Shown: positions 8,910 through 19,077, counted from the first letter of the stretch. The stretch is DNA of 64,000 bases from a virus (IMGVR_UViG_2695420521_000002:32001-96000); one strand, 5' to 3'. Notes: generated by a model from the letters alone, not told the origin. Made by a program: numbers and translations.

Positions 8910-11900
8910 TTATTCCGCTTCCTTATCATTCGCCTCTACAGCATTAATGGTTATTGTTACCGGTTCCATTTCGTATCCTCCATAGTTTAGAGAGTTGAAT
9001 GTTAATGTATATTTTCCTGGCTTAGTGGTGCTAAATTTGCGTGTAATTTTACCGTTTACAAAATGGTCGGATTTAGAAGGCAGGAATTCATAATCCTCTT
9101 CTTTCACATTGTCAGGTGCCTGAATCTCAACCCACATAGTGCCCCCGACAGGATTATTTTCCGCCATAAGAGTAATCTCCAACGTTGCGGTTGTTGTCCC
9201 ATCCGCCACCAGAGATGTAACATCAGACGATGCGGCAAGCACTGCGTTTTTGTAATCCACAACGAATCTGGACTCAGCTGTTTTAGTCGATGTTTGACCA
9301 TTAGTCTGCTTAACTGTAGCCGTCACTGTATACGTCGCAGCCGTTGTTGTTGTAGCAGTGAAAACAGCCAGCCCTTGCTCATCTGTTGTAGCCCCCCCGT
9401 CAGGTGACAGAGTTAATTCTCCCGGACTGGTACTAGCACTGGCACTCAACGTAACCTCACTCCCTTTCAGGAGGTTGTTATTAGCATCAGTTACCGTAAT
9501 CTTGTATGTTTGTTTATCTTTACCATTTGCCAGAGCATTGTTATTAATCACCTCTATGCTAGAAATGGTTGCTGTAGCTTTGTCAGCCACAAACGTAATC
9601 GTCTTGGTATCTGAAGGCTGCTCATTTTCTGTTGATGCCGTGACCTCATACGATCCAGCAATCACGGAAACTACTTGTAGTTCCGCTTTACCCTCATCGT
9701 TGGTCCTCACCCAAATGTGTTTCCCAGTAATAGGTCTGACCCCCTTTGGTAGATTAAACGTCACCAACTCTCCAGGAACTGCATTGCTATTTTTATCCTT
9801 AACAATAGCCGTCAGCGTAAAGGCATCACTGCCATTTGCTGCTCTTTGAGAGCTATCGTCAACCTGAAGGCTTACCTGCCCAGAACTGGCATCCGCACTG
9901 AACGTCACCGTAACCGTCTTCTGAGCACCATTCACCGAAGCAGTAATATTGTGTTCCCCAGCAACCGTTGACATCAACTCAATATCAGCTTTACCCGCCG
10001 CATTAGTTGTTACCGTATTCCCTGTCTTGCTGGTCACACCCTGCGGTAAAGTCAGCGTGACATTTTGCCCCTGTAACGGGTTGCCATAGGTATCCACGAC
10101 GGTCAGAGTTATCTGGTTAGCAGACTGTCCATTAGCCAGTTGGTTGTTAACCTTCACTGTCATATCACTGATTACTGCCTGAGATGTGTCACCTGCAACA
10201 TTCAGCACCAGAGGCTGGGCAACGGCATTTTGGCCGTTCACTCGCGGCATCACGATTAATTCACCCGCCGTAGTACCCAGAGAAATCTGCGCAGTCCATG
10301 TTCCATCGCCATTATCTGTCCAATCTGATACCGACGACCCCGTAGAGGCTGCGCCCGATAATGACGGCGCTTCCGGGGTGATACCTGTTACTGGGTTGTC
10401 ATTGGCATCTTTTGCTGACCAGATTGCCGTAAGCGTACCGCCAACCACAGGTTTATCCGAGGTCAGAGTGATAGTTGAGTGTTTGGCATCAATCGGCCCG
10501 GCAACAAACTTCAGCGTTTGTTGCAACAAGCCCAACTGATACTGCTCACTAAAGACACGCACAACAACATCTCCGGCACTGGTCGAAGAAACCGTGGCGC
10601 TGTAAATCCCAGGTTTTATCTCCGAAATAGTGCCAACGGTAACTCCGTTGTTGTCCTGCGGAACAAAGCGCAGACGGCTGGCTTCTCCCGTCACAGCGTT
10701 GCCATCGGTATCTACCGCTGTAAGCGTCAGCGTGTAGGATTGCTGACCATCAGCAGTCACATCATCTGAAAGCTCACTCACACTCAGAGTGGACTTTGTC
10801 ACATCCATCATTGTGGCACGCAAATCGGCAGTAACGGTTTTGCTCATACCATCAATGCTCACAGTAATGGTTGCTTCACCTGATTGCGTACCAGTAGTGA
10901 AGACTGACTGATACACCCCTGCTTCAGTTTCGGTGAACTCACCTAATGTTGGCTGTGTCTGTGATTTAGCAGACCTAAGAGCCCGCGTTACAATGTTTCC
11001 GGCAGGTTTAAACGTCAGCTCAGTCTTGATCTGATCTTTCATACCCGTGATTGGTTGTCCCTCGGCATCGCGGAGAGACAGCGCCAGCGTTTTTTGCGAG
11101 CTACCATTAGCAAGCATCTGGATACTGTCCTGTCCGTCAAGCGTTAGCGCAGAACGATCGGCACTCATACTCGCACCGGTAATGACCACCTGTGTCTTTA
11201 CACGCTTCGAGGCATTGCCTTTGTTATCATATGCTACCGCAGAGATCGCGTAATAATTGTCTTTGCCTGCCTGATAAGCCGGGAGCGTCACTTGCCACTG
11301 GTTGCCCTGCCCGGTAATTTTACCGCCCGCAGCCAGCAAAGACGGCGCCTCCCACTGCACATTTTTTAGACCGTGGGTTGCTTTACTGACCACAAGCCCC
11401 AGGGATACCGTCTGCCCGCTCTTACCTTCAATACGCTCAGGCAGAGCAATACGGATCACTTCAGATTTGCGGTATTCAAGAACGATGTTGTTATTACGCT
11501 CAACCAGGTCATAGCGGCTGCCTGTCAGCACACGGCGCTCGCGAATGCTATCCGTATCGAGTTGTTTTTCCAGAGGTTCGCCAATCCGGTAGTTAATTTC
11601 CAGGCCCAAACGGGTGTCATTCTGACCGCTCTTGCCCTGCTTATGCTCTGCGCTCAGGGTCAGAAGAGGTACAGGCGTGTAGTTCACCCCAGCTGAAATA
11701 GCATGTGGGTTTTTCTGGCGTTTATCTTTACCAAACAGTCCTACCTCATCGCCGTAATACTGTTCATACATCAGGCTTGCGCCAAGCTGTGGCCAGGCCG
11801 GTAAATAGCCCTCAGCACGGATATCCCAGCCATTCGCCGGACGTTCCTGATAATCCTCAACATCCGGCGATTTTTTCCAGCCAGAAGCCCGGATATAACC

Positions 11901-12545
11901 ATTGGCGCTCAGTTTAAGATAATCACGCCAGTATTCCGTACCAATACCAATGCGGGTATGACTACGGGATAAATCATGGTCAATGAAGGTATTCACCCCC
12001 GCCATCCAGTCATTACCTGAGAAATGGCGCCAGCCGAAACCAATATTTGACTGAGTGCGATCGTCAGTGCGATGTATTGCCCCCTGAGTGAACAGCATAT
12101 TTGTCGGCGTGTCATATATCGGATAAAGCATTTCCAGCGAAGAATCCTTCAGCGAGAAATCTTTATCGGCATTCAGTTTGACGCGCGCGGTGCCATATTT
12201 CCCGAGCCACTCCTGGATTTCCTGGGTGGCCTTAGCAGTAGCCATTCCGGTAACAAAGTTGCGAGTCGCATCGCTATCCGGCTGACTGCTTAAAAATTTA
12301 CCGGCATTCGCGGCAACCGACGCGATATTTTTTTCTGCATTATTGTCAGTAGCAACCGCAGTATTTTCCGTAGTTAGACGTGGCAAAGTCGCATTATGCG
12401 CCCGCGCTGCCATTGTCGGTGTAAAAGTGACAGCCAATGGAAAAAGAACCTGAACAGAGATGTTTGCCCATGCCACACATCTAGCCAAGGCGGAATAGCG
12501 GAAACGTTGTTGTTTATAAGTTTTATTTAAACGTAACATTGACAT
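8910..12545 (-). CDS. intimin/invasin-family inverse autotransporter adhesin with tandem Ig-like domains
   Basis: 1211 aa; N-terminal signal, beta-barrel region with family motifs (GIGTEYWRDYLKLSANGY, ERPANGWDIRAEGYLP, LMYEQYYGDEVGLF, TGSRYDLVERNNNIVLEYRK), then repeated T/S/V-rich Ig-like segments; AT-rich upstream region. Confidence 0.8.
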   Translation of the reverse strand: MSMLRLNKTYKQQRFRYSALARCVAWANISVQVLFPLAVTFTPTMAARAHNATLPRLTTENTAVATDNNAEKNIASVAANAGKFLSSQPDSDATRNFVTGMATAKATQEIQEWLGKYGTARVKLNADKDFSLKDSSLEMLYPIYDTPTNMLFTQGAIHRTDDRTQSNIGFGWRHFSGNDWMAGVNTFIDHDLSRSHTRIGIGTEYWRDYLKLSANGYIRASGWKKSPDVEDYQERPANGWDIRAEGYLPAWPQLGASLMYEQYYGDEVGLFGKDKRQKNPHAISAGVNYTPVPLLTLSAEHKQGKSGQNDTRLGLEINYRIGEPLEKQLDTDSIRERRVLTGSRYDLVERNNNIVLEYRKSEVIRIALPERIEGKSGQTVSLGLVVSKATHGLKNVQWEAPSLLAAGGKITGQGNQWQVTLPAYQAGKDNYYAISAVAYDNKGNASKRVKTQVVITGASMSADRSALTLDGQDSIQMLANGSSQKTLALSLRDAEGQPITGMKDQIKTELTFKPAGNIVTRALRSAKSQTQPTLGEFTETEAGVYQSVFTTGTQSGEATITVSIDGMSKTVTADLRATMMDVTKSTLSVSELSDDVTADGQQSYTLTLTAVDTDGNAVTGEASRLRFVPQDNNGVTVGTISEIKPGIYSATVSSTSAGDVVVRVFSEQYQLGLLQQTLKFVAGPIDAKHSTITLTSDKPVVGGTLTAIWSAKDANDNPVTGITPEAPSLSGAASTGSSVSDWTDNGDGTWTAQISLGTTAGELIVMPRVNGQNAVAQPLVLNVAGDTSQAVISDMTVKVNNQLANGQSANQITLTVVDTYGNPLQGQNVTLTLPQGVTSKTGNTVTTNAAGKADIELMSTVAGEHNITASVNGAQKTVTVTFSADASSGQVSLQVDDSSQRAANGSDAFTLTAIVKDKNSNAVPGELVTFNLPKGVRPITGKHIWVRTNDEGKAELQVVSVIAGSYEVTASTENEQPSDTKTITFVADKATATISSIEVINNNALANGKDKQTYKITVTDANNNLLKGSEVTLSASASTSPGELTLSPDGGATTDEQGLAVFTATTTTAATYTVTATVKQTNGQTSTKTAESRFVVDYKNAVLAASSDVTSLVADGTTTATLEITLMAENNPVGGTMWVEIQAPDNVKEEDYEFLPSKSDHFVNGKITRKFSTTKPGKYTLTFNSLNYGGYEMEPVTITINAVEANDKEAE

Positions 12546-12993
12546 AATTTCTTGATGAACGCGTTAACGAACATTTGCAACTGCGAGTAAAAACATTTGC
12601 TTTCAGAAATTTCCGAGAGAAAACTCCTAGGGGGCGCGGATGCTATCACAAACCAAAAAGTGTAACAATACATGAACCAGAGAATTAATGCTTGTTATTT
12701 ATCTGTCACCAATATGTTGTGATTGGTTAGCGTCAATGTTATTGGTTATGTTTACCAAATAATAAGAGGGAGTATTTCAATACATGAGAGGATGATTTTT
12801 TTAACATGGGAAGTGAAATCTTTTCCATTATTACATGGTTTATAAATTATAAAAAATGCCCCAATCCATGAATAACGCCTTTAGAGAAATACCCCCCCAT
12901 TTCTATATAATAACTTTGATGTAATGGACGATATATTAGAGCATGTGGCACGCAATCAGATAATAACAATCTTTTCCTTGGATAAATTAGAGA

Positions 12994-13140
12994 TTAATAG
13001 TGCGTCATATTCACGACATAATGGCACACAAGGATTTCTAGATTATTGTTTATTACAATCGATACTATTAAGGTTTTTTTGTTGATAGAGAACAGCCAGA
13101 AATAGATCGCGGCCATAATGATTTTGAATGCCGTGTTCAT
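12994..13140 (-). CDS. possible small hydrophobic peptide
   Basis: 48 aa from internal ATG (MNTAFKIIMAAIYFWLFSINKK...) preceded by AGGAGC; AT-rich region, weak support. Confidence 0.2.
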   Translation of the reverse strand: MNTAFKIIMAAIYFWLFSINKKTLIVSIVINNNLEILVCHYVVNMTHY

Positions 13141-13167
13141 ATTTTCAGCTCCTGTGATTGATTGGAA

Positions 13168-13199
13168 ACATGCCGCGCCTTGCGGCATGTTTTTATTTT
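13168..13199. terminator. GC-rich hairpin with T-run
   Basis: acatgccgc-gcct-gcggcatgt followed by ttttatttt on + strand; just downstream of the HAD-like operon. Confidence 0.4.
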
Positions 13200-13222
13200 C
13201 ACTTTCTCTGTTTTAAAAATCA

Positions 13223-13239
13223 AGATTTATTAGAGCAAT
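13223..13239 (-). promoter_or_regulatory. C1 operator-like 17-mer
   Basis: agatttattagagcaat; 16/17; overlaps stop of HAD-like gene. Confidence 0.6.
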
Positions 13240-13745
13240 TATTGTTGATAAAGAAGCGCATTTTCATACTCCCTGACCATTAACGTAAGCACGCCGTGCC
13301 TCCTGAAAACACGCGCCACTTCAATCTTATCTTCCAGCGCGAACGCGATTTTACTTAGACCAATTTTCTTAAGGAGATCAATCTTTGCTGGGCCGTCATT
13401 TCTGTCATCGGTGGCAGGACGCATAGATAGCAAAGGCTCAGCCCCGTTTGTTACGTACTTCCGCAGCCAGGCTCGTGTTTTATCCCTTGCGATCTCACAG
13501 CGCCCGGTTACAAACCAGACCGTGTAAACGTTAAATAACTGGCGCACCATATCAATAACTGGAGTGATGGGAGCATCAGTGTCACAGGCAAGGTTAAACT
13601 CGTTCCAGTGCTCTGTTAATGCACCTTTGCCAGGTGGTGGAAGCAAATGCAGCCTGTCTTCCGTTGCCTCTGATATCGTCCCATCAATATCGACTATGAC
13701 GATATACGGACGTTCCTGGTGTGCGTGTTTATTGAAAATACTCAA
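13239..13745 (-). CDS. HAD-superfamily phosphatase-like protein
   Basis: 168 aa with N-terminal DxDGT motif (IVIVDIDGTIS). Confidence 0.55.
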   Translation of the reverse strand: MSIFNKHAHQERPYIVIVDIDGTISEATEDRLHLLPPPGKGALTEHWNEFNLACDTDAPITPVIDMVRQLFNVYTVWFVTGRCEIARDKTRAWLRKYVTNGAEPLLSMRPATDDRNDGPAKIDLLKKIGLSKIAFALEDKIEVARVFRRHGVLTLMVREYENALLYQQ

Positions 13746-13818
13746 ATGCCCTCCTCATTGGACGAAAAAAATGCTGGTGGGACGCACTCCACCAGCATTA
13801 AAAGTGACACTGTAACTA

Positions 13819-15081
13819 TCAGCGAACGTAAATAGTGCCGCCGTTCTCTTTTTCCCATGCATCGCTACGTGCATAGCAAACATCGAGAAGTCTTCTTGCC
13901 GCTGTTTCCTCTAAACCCAATTCGACAACCAACTGCTCATGACGGCGGGTAACCACATCAAACAGGGTATGCAGCCCTTTATTGGCCAGTTCATCAATGA
14001 ATTCCGGTTCGAACGGCAGCTCTGCCTCTGCCAACATAACCTCTTGCGCCCACTCAACTCGACGGACCAGTTCCGGGCGGCGGCTTTCCATCTCTTTACA
14101 GATCAATTCATGGAAGAACTCTACCCAACCTTCCGGCTGGAACTCGCGGAAAATGGCCAACGGCTGGAAGTTTGGCATCAACCATTCGTTGATCCGGATA
14201 TCAATGGCATAGCCCATGTCGCAGCAGAACTGATAAGCAAAGTCCAGCTTAGAAACGATATAAGGACGCTCGTTATTGAACTCTTTAGGCGATGAGATCC
14301 CATAAGCCAGGAGGCGCGGGAAGAATGAGATTTGCCCTAACGTCGGATGGAGTTTGCTTGCAGGGAAACGGCGCTCAGTAATGCCATACATTTCCTTCTT
14401 GAGCGTCGCAAATTTGGCATTCTCATTAACCAGCGCGGCAACCTCTGCTTTTTTATTAGCAAATGCCACGCGCGCCTCGCTTGCATCTTTAATAGTTTTT
14501 TTGAGCTGTTGGTTAAGGTCGGCGACCTGCTTACGCAGTTCCTGTCGCTCGCTTTTAGCTTTGTTATAGCGTTTCTCAAGGTTAAAAGGATCAAGTTTCA
14601 TGATCTCTTTATATTGAGATTTTAGCGTTGAAATCTGTGAGTTCCGCAGTTCAACCATCGCGGTCATTTCATTGAGTTTTGTTTCCAGCTCAATGCTTAT
14701 ACGTTCGGCTTTATCAGCACGCTGGTTGGCATCATGCGTCGCATCGTCGATCGCGTCCTGTTGCTGGCGTTTCAAATGTTCAATTTGCAGCTGAAGCTCT
14801 TCAATTTCTTTACCCTTCAGACCGAGATCCAACTGCATATTTTCAGCTGCATCTACCAGGGAGTTATGGCTATCAGCTTCTGCGTTATAAACATCAATAA
14901 GCTGTGCGTGAAGCATCTCCGCTGACTGAACCGCATTATCAAAAAAACGTGCTGTGAGGTCATCACAACTAACGCGGCGTTGCGCGGCCCGGATGTTCTG
15001 GATAATGGCCGGGATACCGGCATTCAGGACGTCAGGGATAGATACATTTTCGATTGATTGGTTTTGTGCTGAAGTGCTCAT
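13819..15081 (-). CDS. hypothetical protein, N-terminal coiled coil
   Basis: 420-aa ORF, heptad-rich central region, no recognised catalytic motif. Confidence 0.5.
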   Translation of the reverse strand: MSTSAQNQSIENVSIPDVLNAGIPAIIQNIRAAQRRVSCDDLTARFFDNAVQSAEMLHAQLIDVYNAEADSHNSLVDAAENMQLDLGLKGKEIEELQLQIEHLKRQQQDAIDDATHDANQRADKAERISIELETKLNEMTAMVELRNSQISTLKSQYKEIMKLDPFNLEKRYNKAKSERQELRKQVADLNQQLKKTIKDASEARVAFANKKAEVAALVNENAKFATLKKEMYGITERRFPASKLHPTLGQISFFPRLLAYGISSPKEFNNERPYIVSKLDFAYQFCCDMGYAIDIRINEWLMPNFQPLAIFREFQPEGWVEFFHELICKEMESRRPELVRRVEWAQEVMLAEAELPFEPEFIDELANKGLHTLFDVVTRRHEQLVVELGLEETAARRLLDVCYARSDAWEKENGGTIYVR

Positions 15082-15082
15082 T

Positions 15083-15301
15083 TCAAAGTTCCGTATTAGC
15101 TTGTGCTTCGGTCATTTTTCCTAAGTATGAAGGTGGAAGGACTACGCAATTTGTATCCAGTCCCTCACCTATGGCAGCCTGTAAAATTCTGGCTAAGGTG
15201 AGTCTCTTGTTGCGATACCTGGTGATGACATGCCTGATACCGCCGGTCGGCGTAACAAAGGCGATCAGCCAGTAGTGATATTTCCGTCGGAATGGCCACA
15301 T
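15083..15301 (-). CDS. hypothetical small protein
   Basis: 72-aa ORF, first gene downstream of operator pair, tightly packed with next gene. Confidence 0.35.
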   Translation of the reverse strand: MWPFRRKYHYWLIAFVTPTGGIRHVITRYRNKRLTLARILQAAIGEGLDTNCVVLPPSYLGKMTEAQANTEL

Positions 15302-15315
15302 AGTGCACCTTATGG

Positions 15316-15332
15316 ATTGCTCTAATAAAAAA
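15316..15332 (+). promoter_or_regulatory. C1 operator-like 17-mer
   Basis: attgctctaataaaaaa; 14/17; inverted partner of 15365..15381. Confidence 0.5.
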
Positions 15333-15356
15333 CGTGATGAGTGTACATCACGTTTT
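15327..15356. terminator. perfect palindrome / bidirectional terminator between two operators
   Basis: aaaaaacgtgatg-agtgta-catcacgtttt with A/T runs on both sides; core gtgtaca resembles phd operator core. Confidence 0.5.
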
Positions 15357-15364
15357 AAAAATAT

Positions 15365-15381
15365 GGAATTATTAGAGCAAT
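15365..15381 (-). promoter_or_regulatory. C1 operator-like 17-mer
   Basis: ggaattattagagcaat; 14/17. Confidence 0.5.
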
Positions 15382-15382
15382 A

Positions 15383-16084
15383 TTATTCTGATTCTCGCTC
15401 AAAAAACGAGCTAATGAGGGGAAGCCAATCCTCTGACACTTCGCGAGGCCGCGGTTTGCCGTGGAAAAAGATTATTCGGCAGTCCTTTGGTAATGTCCCG
15501 TTCCCCCTGGAGTAACGCGCGCTCGCATATTTTGAACCAGGTTCCACAACATCGGCCTTGTAACTTACAAACCATCCTGGATACAGATCCTGAAATGCTG
15601 GTGTATCATCGCCCATAACCTTCCGTAAGAACCCCTGATCACCCCAGCATTCAGTAGTAACACAACGAGCAATCCAACCTTCTGGATCTTGCCAGAATGA
15701 ACTCCAGATATGTGCTTTTACACTATTTGGTATCCACAGGGCACCGCTACCACGATATTGTGGATGGTAAAAATCCCTAAGCATGGTGAAGCTGGTTGGT
15801 GGATTCTCAAGGATTGGGCGTATATCACCGGCAATAACTGTGTCCAAATCCAGATAGAACAGATCATCGGTTATATCCGGTCGGAACAACTCGATTTTCG
15901 CCCACCAGCCACGGCACTTTTGCCACTGGTTGATCAATGGGACAACTTTGACGCCAGGCACATGTAAACGCTTCAGATCTGTCAGGCAAATAATTTCATA
16001 GCCTTTTGGCAGTTGATTAACCAGCCACTGCACATCGGAAGCGTTATAGTCGCCACCAGAGCGAAGAACTAAAGCAATCTTCAT
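15383..16084 (-). CDS. hypothetical protein (possible nucleotide-sugar transferase-like, DxD motif)
   Basis: 233-aa ORF overlapping start of phosphatase gene; LDLDTV motif only. Confidence 0.4.
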   Translation of the reverse strand: MKIALVLRSGGDYNASDVQWLVNQLPKGYEIICLTDLKRLHVPGVKVVPLINQWQKCRGWWAKIELFRPDITDDLFYLDLDTVIAGDIRPILENPPTSFTMLRDFYHPQYRGSGALWIPNSVKAHIWSSFWQDPEGWIARCVTTECWGDQGFLRKVMGDDTPAFQDLYPGWFVSYKADVVEPGSKYASARYSRGNGTLPKDCRIIFFHGKPRPREVSEDWLPLISSFFERESE

Positions 16085-16773
16085 GCTGCACCATCACCTT
16101 TCACTTTCATCAATGTCAGGTTTCCGCAAAATACGGCACCAGTGTCGATATAATGCTGATTCCAGAATGTCTTCGGGCTTTTCACCGGAGTGTGACCAAA
16201 GATAAAACGATCTGCGCCCGAAATTTCGCCACCAATATCATCCATCGAATCACTGATACGCTCGCGCGCCCAGACAACGTTGAAAAGCGGCACCTCCTTA
16301 CCGAATTGATATTCATTATCCGGATAGTCGGCATGGGCTATAACGATAGTTTCTTGCCCGGTGTTCAACTCAATGATATAGGGCAGACGTCTTACCAGCT
16401 CCACCAGCGCCCTGGCTAATATTTCCTGATCAGTGTCCAACATGAAGAACCATTGTCCACCATTCATTAGCCAGTTATTCACGTTGCCATCAGGACTTAA
16501 CGCATCGAGCATCAACCGCTCATGGTTCCCCATCACTGCCCTGAACCAGGGCATCTGCAATAGTTCCAGACATTCGACATTTTCAGTACCGCGATCGATA
16601 AGGTCGCCGACCGATATCAGTAAATCCTGCGCCGGGTCAAAATCCACACGATGGAGTTCGGACATCAGTCTGGTGTAGCAACCATGCAGATCACCAACAA
16701 CCCAGACATTCCTGTATTTGGTACCGTCGATACGGTGATAAATTGTGGGTGCCATCATGTATTCTTCAGCCAT
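16081..16773 (-). CDS. Ser/Thr protein phosphatase, lambda-PPase-like metallophosphoesterase
   Basis: 230 aa with GDLHG, GDLIDRG, GNHE motifs; probably the P1 ppp equivalent. Confidence 0.8.
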   Translation of the reverse strand: MAEEYMMAPTIYHRIDGTKYRNVWVVGDLHGCYTRLMSELHRVDFDPAQDLLISVGDLIDRGTENVECLELLQMPWFRAVMGNHERLMLDALSPDGNVNNWLMNGGQWFFMLDTDQEILARALVELVRRLPYIIELNTGQETIVIAHADYPDNEYQFGKEVPLFNVVWARERISDSMDDIGGEISGADRFIFGHTPVKSPKTFWNQHYIDTGAVFCGNLTLMKVKGDGAA

Positions 16774-17381
16774 TCTTTAAGAGTCATCTGCGGAATACCT
16801 CCCATTTTCCCGCATGAAACAACGTCAATCTGTTCACGCGCAGACTGGAATAACAAAGGCAGGTGACTTAGATTTTTTGGCGTGCCGCCGGAGTGAACGC
16901 GTGGTTCTTGCGTAGCGTCAACGCCCACCAGGGCTACATGTTTGAATCCGATATGGAAAGCCAGGTTCAGAGCACCATATGCACTATTGCCGCTGGCAAT
17001 TTCATTCTCATCTTCGCAAAGGCCGAAATGTGCGGACCAGCGCCACGCCCACCACTCGGGAGAATTCGTATTTTTTGGCTCCATGCCGCGTTCAGCCACA
17101 CGACGGAAGCACAGAACGCCATCGCTGACTTCACGTTCTTTAACATCGGGTAGTGCCATGCAATAACAAACACCACGGCGACGGCGGCCACGACCAACGC
17201 GCCGCATATTGTCTGGCGATGGATCAAGTGTGAAAAAATAAGAAGCGCGGTTAAGCCAGTCGATGGCCCCATTGACCGCTATAATCGGCACTCCGCGCGG
17301 CGCAACAAAGTTTGCGGCGCTTGGGCCACTGCCGACGATAATAACGCGATCACTGCCTCTAAATTTATTCTTGGGAAACAT
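16755..17381 (-). CDS. hypothetical protein, GSGPS-motif family (paralog A)
   Basis: 208 aa; shares IVGSGPS...IIAVN and central region with the adjacent upstream ORF. Confidence 0.5.
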   Translation of the reverse strand: MFPKNKFRGSDRVIIVGSGPSAANFVAPRGVPIIAVNGAIDWLNRASYFFTLDPSPDNMRRVGRGRRRRGVCYCMALPDVKEREVSDGVLCFRRVAERGMEPKNTNSPEWWAWRWSAHFGLCEDENEIASGNSAYGALNLAFHIGFKHVALVGVDATQEPRVHSGGTPKNLSHLPLLFQSAREQIDVVSCGKMGGIPQMTLKEWLKNT

Positions 17382-17941
17382 TGAATTGCACTGCTCCTAC
17401 TTGCATTCAAAATATGTAAATCTGCGTGTTTTTTGCGGGTATCCAGGAACTGCTGTTGCCATTTTGAAATAGACACCTGCGTTGGATTCCGTAGTGCTTG
17501 AGGGTGCGCGCCATGCCAATGAAGGCCGTTTTGCAGAGAACAGTCATAGCCGACTAATACCACTACTTCAGCCCCTGATTCAGCAGCCAGACTGATAGCC
17601 TGCGCGCCGCTATTTACCCCTTCCGCCGGTCCACAATATCGCCTGTACTCCAACGAAAATGATTTCGCCGCCGCCAGGTTGGCTGTCACTTTGCGGAACC
17701 TCCCTCCCGGTATGGTGGAACCGTATTGCTTCCACCATGACAAATCACCGGCGTATAAGGCATAAATGTCATCGAACATCTGCCAGGAATTGTTAACCGC
17801 GATGATTGAACAGCCAGTTTTTTCTATAGCAGCACAGTCCTCACGAGTGAGTGAAGGACCGCTACCGACACAAAAAACAGTCCTAGTCGCCCTGGGTGGT
17901 ATGTTCATTCTCAGCTGCAAATTCAGCCTCCAGGCGAGCAT
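17279..17941 (-). CDS. hypothetical protein, GSGPS-motif family (paralog B)
   Basis: 220 aa; CVGSGPS...IIAVN; 3' end overlaps paralog A by ~100 nt. Confidence 0.5.
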   Translation of the reverse strand: MLAWRLNLQLRMNIPPRATRTVFCVGSGPSLTREDCAAIEKTGCSIIAVNNSWQMFDDIYALYAGDLSWWKQYGSTIPGGRFRKVTANLAAAKSFSLEYRRYCGPAEGVNSGAQAISLAAESGAEVVVLVGYDCSLQNGLHWHGAHPQALRNPTQVSISKWQQQFLDTRKKHADLHILNASRSSAIQCFPRINLEAVIALLSSAVAQAPQTLLRRAECRL

Positions 17942-18104
17942 TCATTTCAGCGATTACAGGGTCCACTACAGCATCTGTTTCCTGTTCATTACGCGGCATG
18001 ACCGATGCCAGCGACTCATAATTAATCTTGGATGACACGATTATTCTCCCGACGTTAAGGTGCACTACCACAAAGAGCGTATATGCACTAATTAATTTAT
18101 TATT

Positions 18105-18683
18105 TTAAGCAGCATATAACCACTTATCGCCGTTCAATACATGCTCAATAGCCTCACCCTTTTTAAGGCTTATGTATTCCAGGATGGCGGTAATCGCTTG
18201 TTCTGCACCATACGCAAGAACAACGTAGTAACCTTCCTCTCTAAGCCTGCGCATCCAGGCGATCTGCTCTTTCGTCGGGGCTTTACCATTTGGTTCTTTA
18301 AGCTCAATTCGCATGCCGTGATAAATACCGCATGCTTTATCGAGACTCATGTCCGGATAACCTTTTTTCTGCCCTTCAGCCTTCATTTTCCCGGCGGTTG
18401 CTTTTGAACGCTTCCCTCCGTTAGGCGTTGCATGCAACAGCTCATAAATTTCAGGGTAATTGCGCTCGAAGTAATCAAAAATGAAAACCTGTTCGTAGTG
18501 CTCGCAATTTCCTACTCGCAGATCAGGATTTTTTGCCAGTGCTGCAAGCGCCTTCGCATGTGGCGAAACTTCTTTTACCGGGGCAAGTGATAAGAACGGA
18601 TCCTTTTTGGGCTTTGGCTTAACCCATCCTTTCTTTCTGCGCTTACTGAAAGCCAGATACTCTTGCTCAGTAAAGCGCAACAC
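18105..18683 (-). CDS. VRR-NUC domain nuclease-like protein
   Basis: 192 aa with GYPD...ELK PD-(D/E)xK-type motif. Confidence 0.6.
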   Translation of the reverse strand: MLRFTEQEYLAFSKRRKKGWVKPKPKKDPFLSLAPVKEVSPHAKALAALAKNPDLRVGNCEHYEQVFIFDYFERNYPEIYELLHATPNGGKRSKATAGKMKAEGQKKGYPDMSLDKACGIYHGMRIELKEPNGKAPTKEQIAWMRRLREEGYYVVLAYGAEQAITAILEYISLKKGEAIEHVLNGDKWLYAA

Positions 18684-18685
18684 AA

Positions 18686-18931
18686 TCAGTCAAATCCTGC
18701 CGGTCGCATGCCATATTTACGCTGTTTTGCGGCCTGCTCTTCCCTGTGCCATTGCGCACACTCAGCGTCACAATAGATGCCTGATTCAATCGGTTCATTG
18801 CAGTAACGACACTTCCCTGTAAATACCTGACTCACGACCTGTGCCTGCTTTCTGATGTTATCAATGGCCATGTCTTTGAGAGCTTCTAACTGATTCATGC
18901 TCAGCTCTGCATCATCAACACGTTCTGCCAA
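18686..18931 (-). CDS. TraR/DksA-type C4 zinc-finger protein
   Basis: 81 aa with CRYC...CDAEC four-cysteine motif. Confidence 0.6.
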   Translation of the reverse strand: MAERVDDAELSMNQLEALKDMAIDNIRKQAQVVSQVFTGKCRYCNEPIESGIYCDAECAQWHREEQAAKQRKYGMRPAGFD

Positions 18932-18988
18932 TTTTGTTTCCTCATGAAGAACCTACTTAAGGGCAGAATGATACATTTCACAACAAAA

Positions 18989-19005
18989 ATTGCACTAATA
19001 ATTTT
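18989..19005 (+). promoter_or_regulatory. C1 operator-like 17-mer in divergent promoter region
   Basis: attgcactaataatttt; 15/17. Confidence 0.55.
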
Positions 19006-19028
19006 CTTTTATTGAGTTAAATAATCAA

Positions 19029-19049
19029 CAAATGACTAGCGGTAGAATC
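19029..19049 (+). promoter_or_regulatory. late-promoter-like motif CAARTGACT-N5-TARAATC
   Basis: caaatgact-agcgg-tagaatc; same motif and spacing at 40707 and 53016; 29 nt upstream of operon start. Confidence 0.5.
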
Positions 19050-19077
19050 ACCATCATCTATTTCTGGCAGGCTGACT

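Noticed and set aside
9063-11917. Multiple + strand ORFs (9063..9407, 9358..9849, 10186..10769, 11047..11917) inside the adhesin gene
   Set aside because: All lie antisense within one long, motif-rich 1211-aa ORF and lack ribosome-binding sites; shadow ORFs.
12931-12947. Weak operator-like 17-mers (12931..12947, 18082..18098, 60447..60463)
   Set aside because: Only ~12/17 matches; the last is inside coding sequence.
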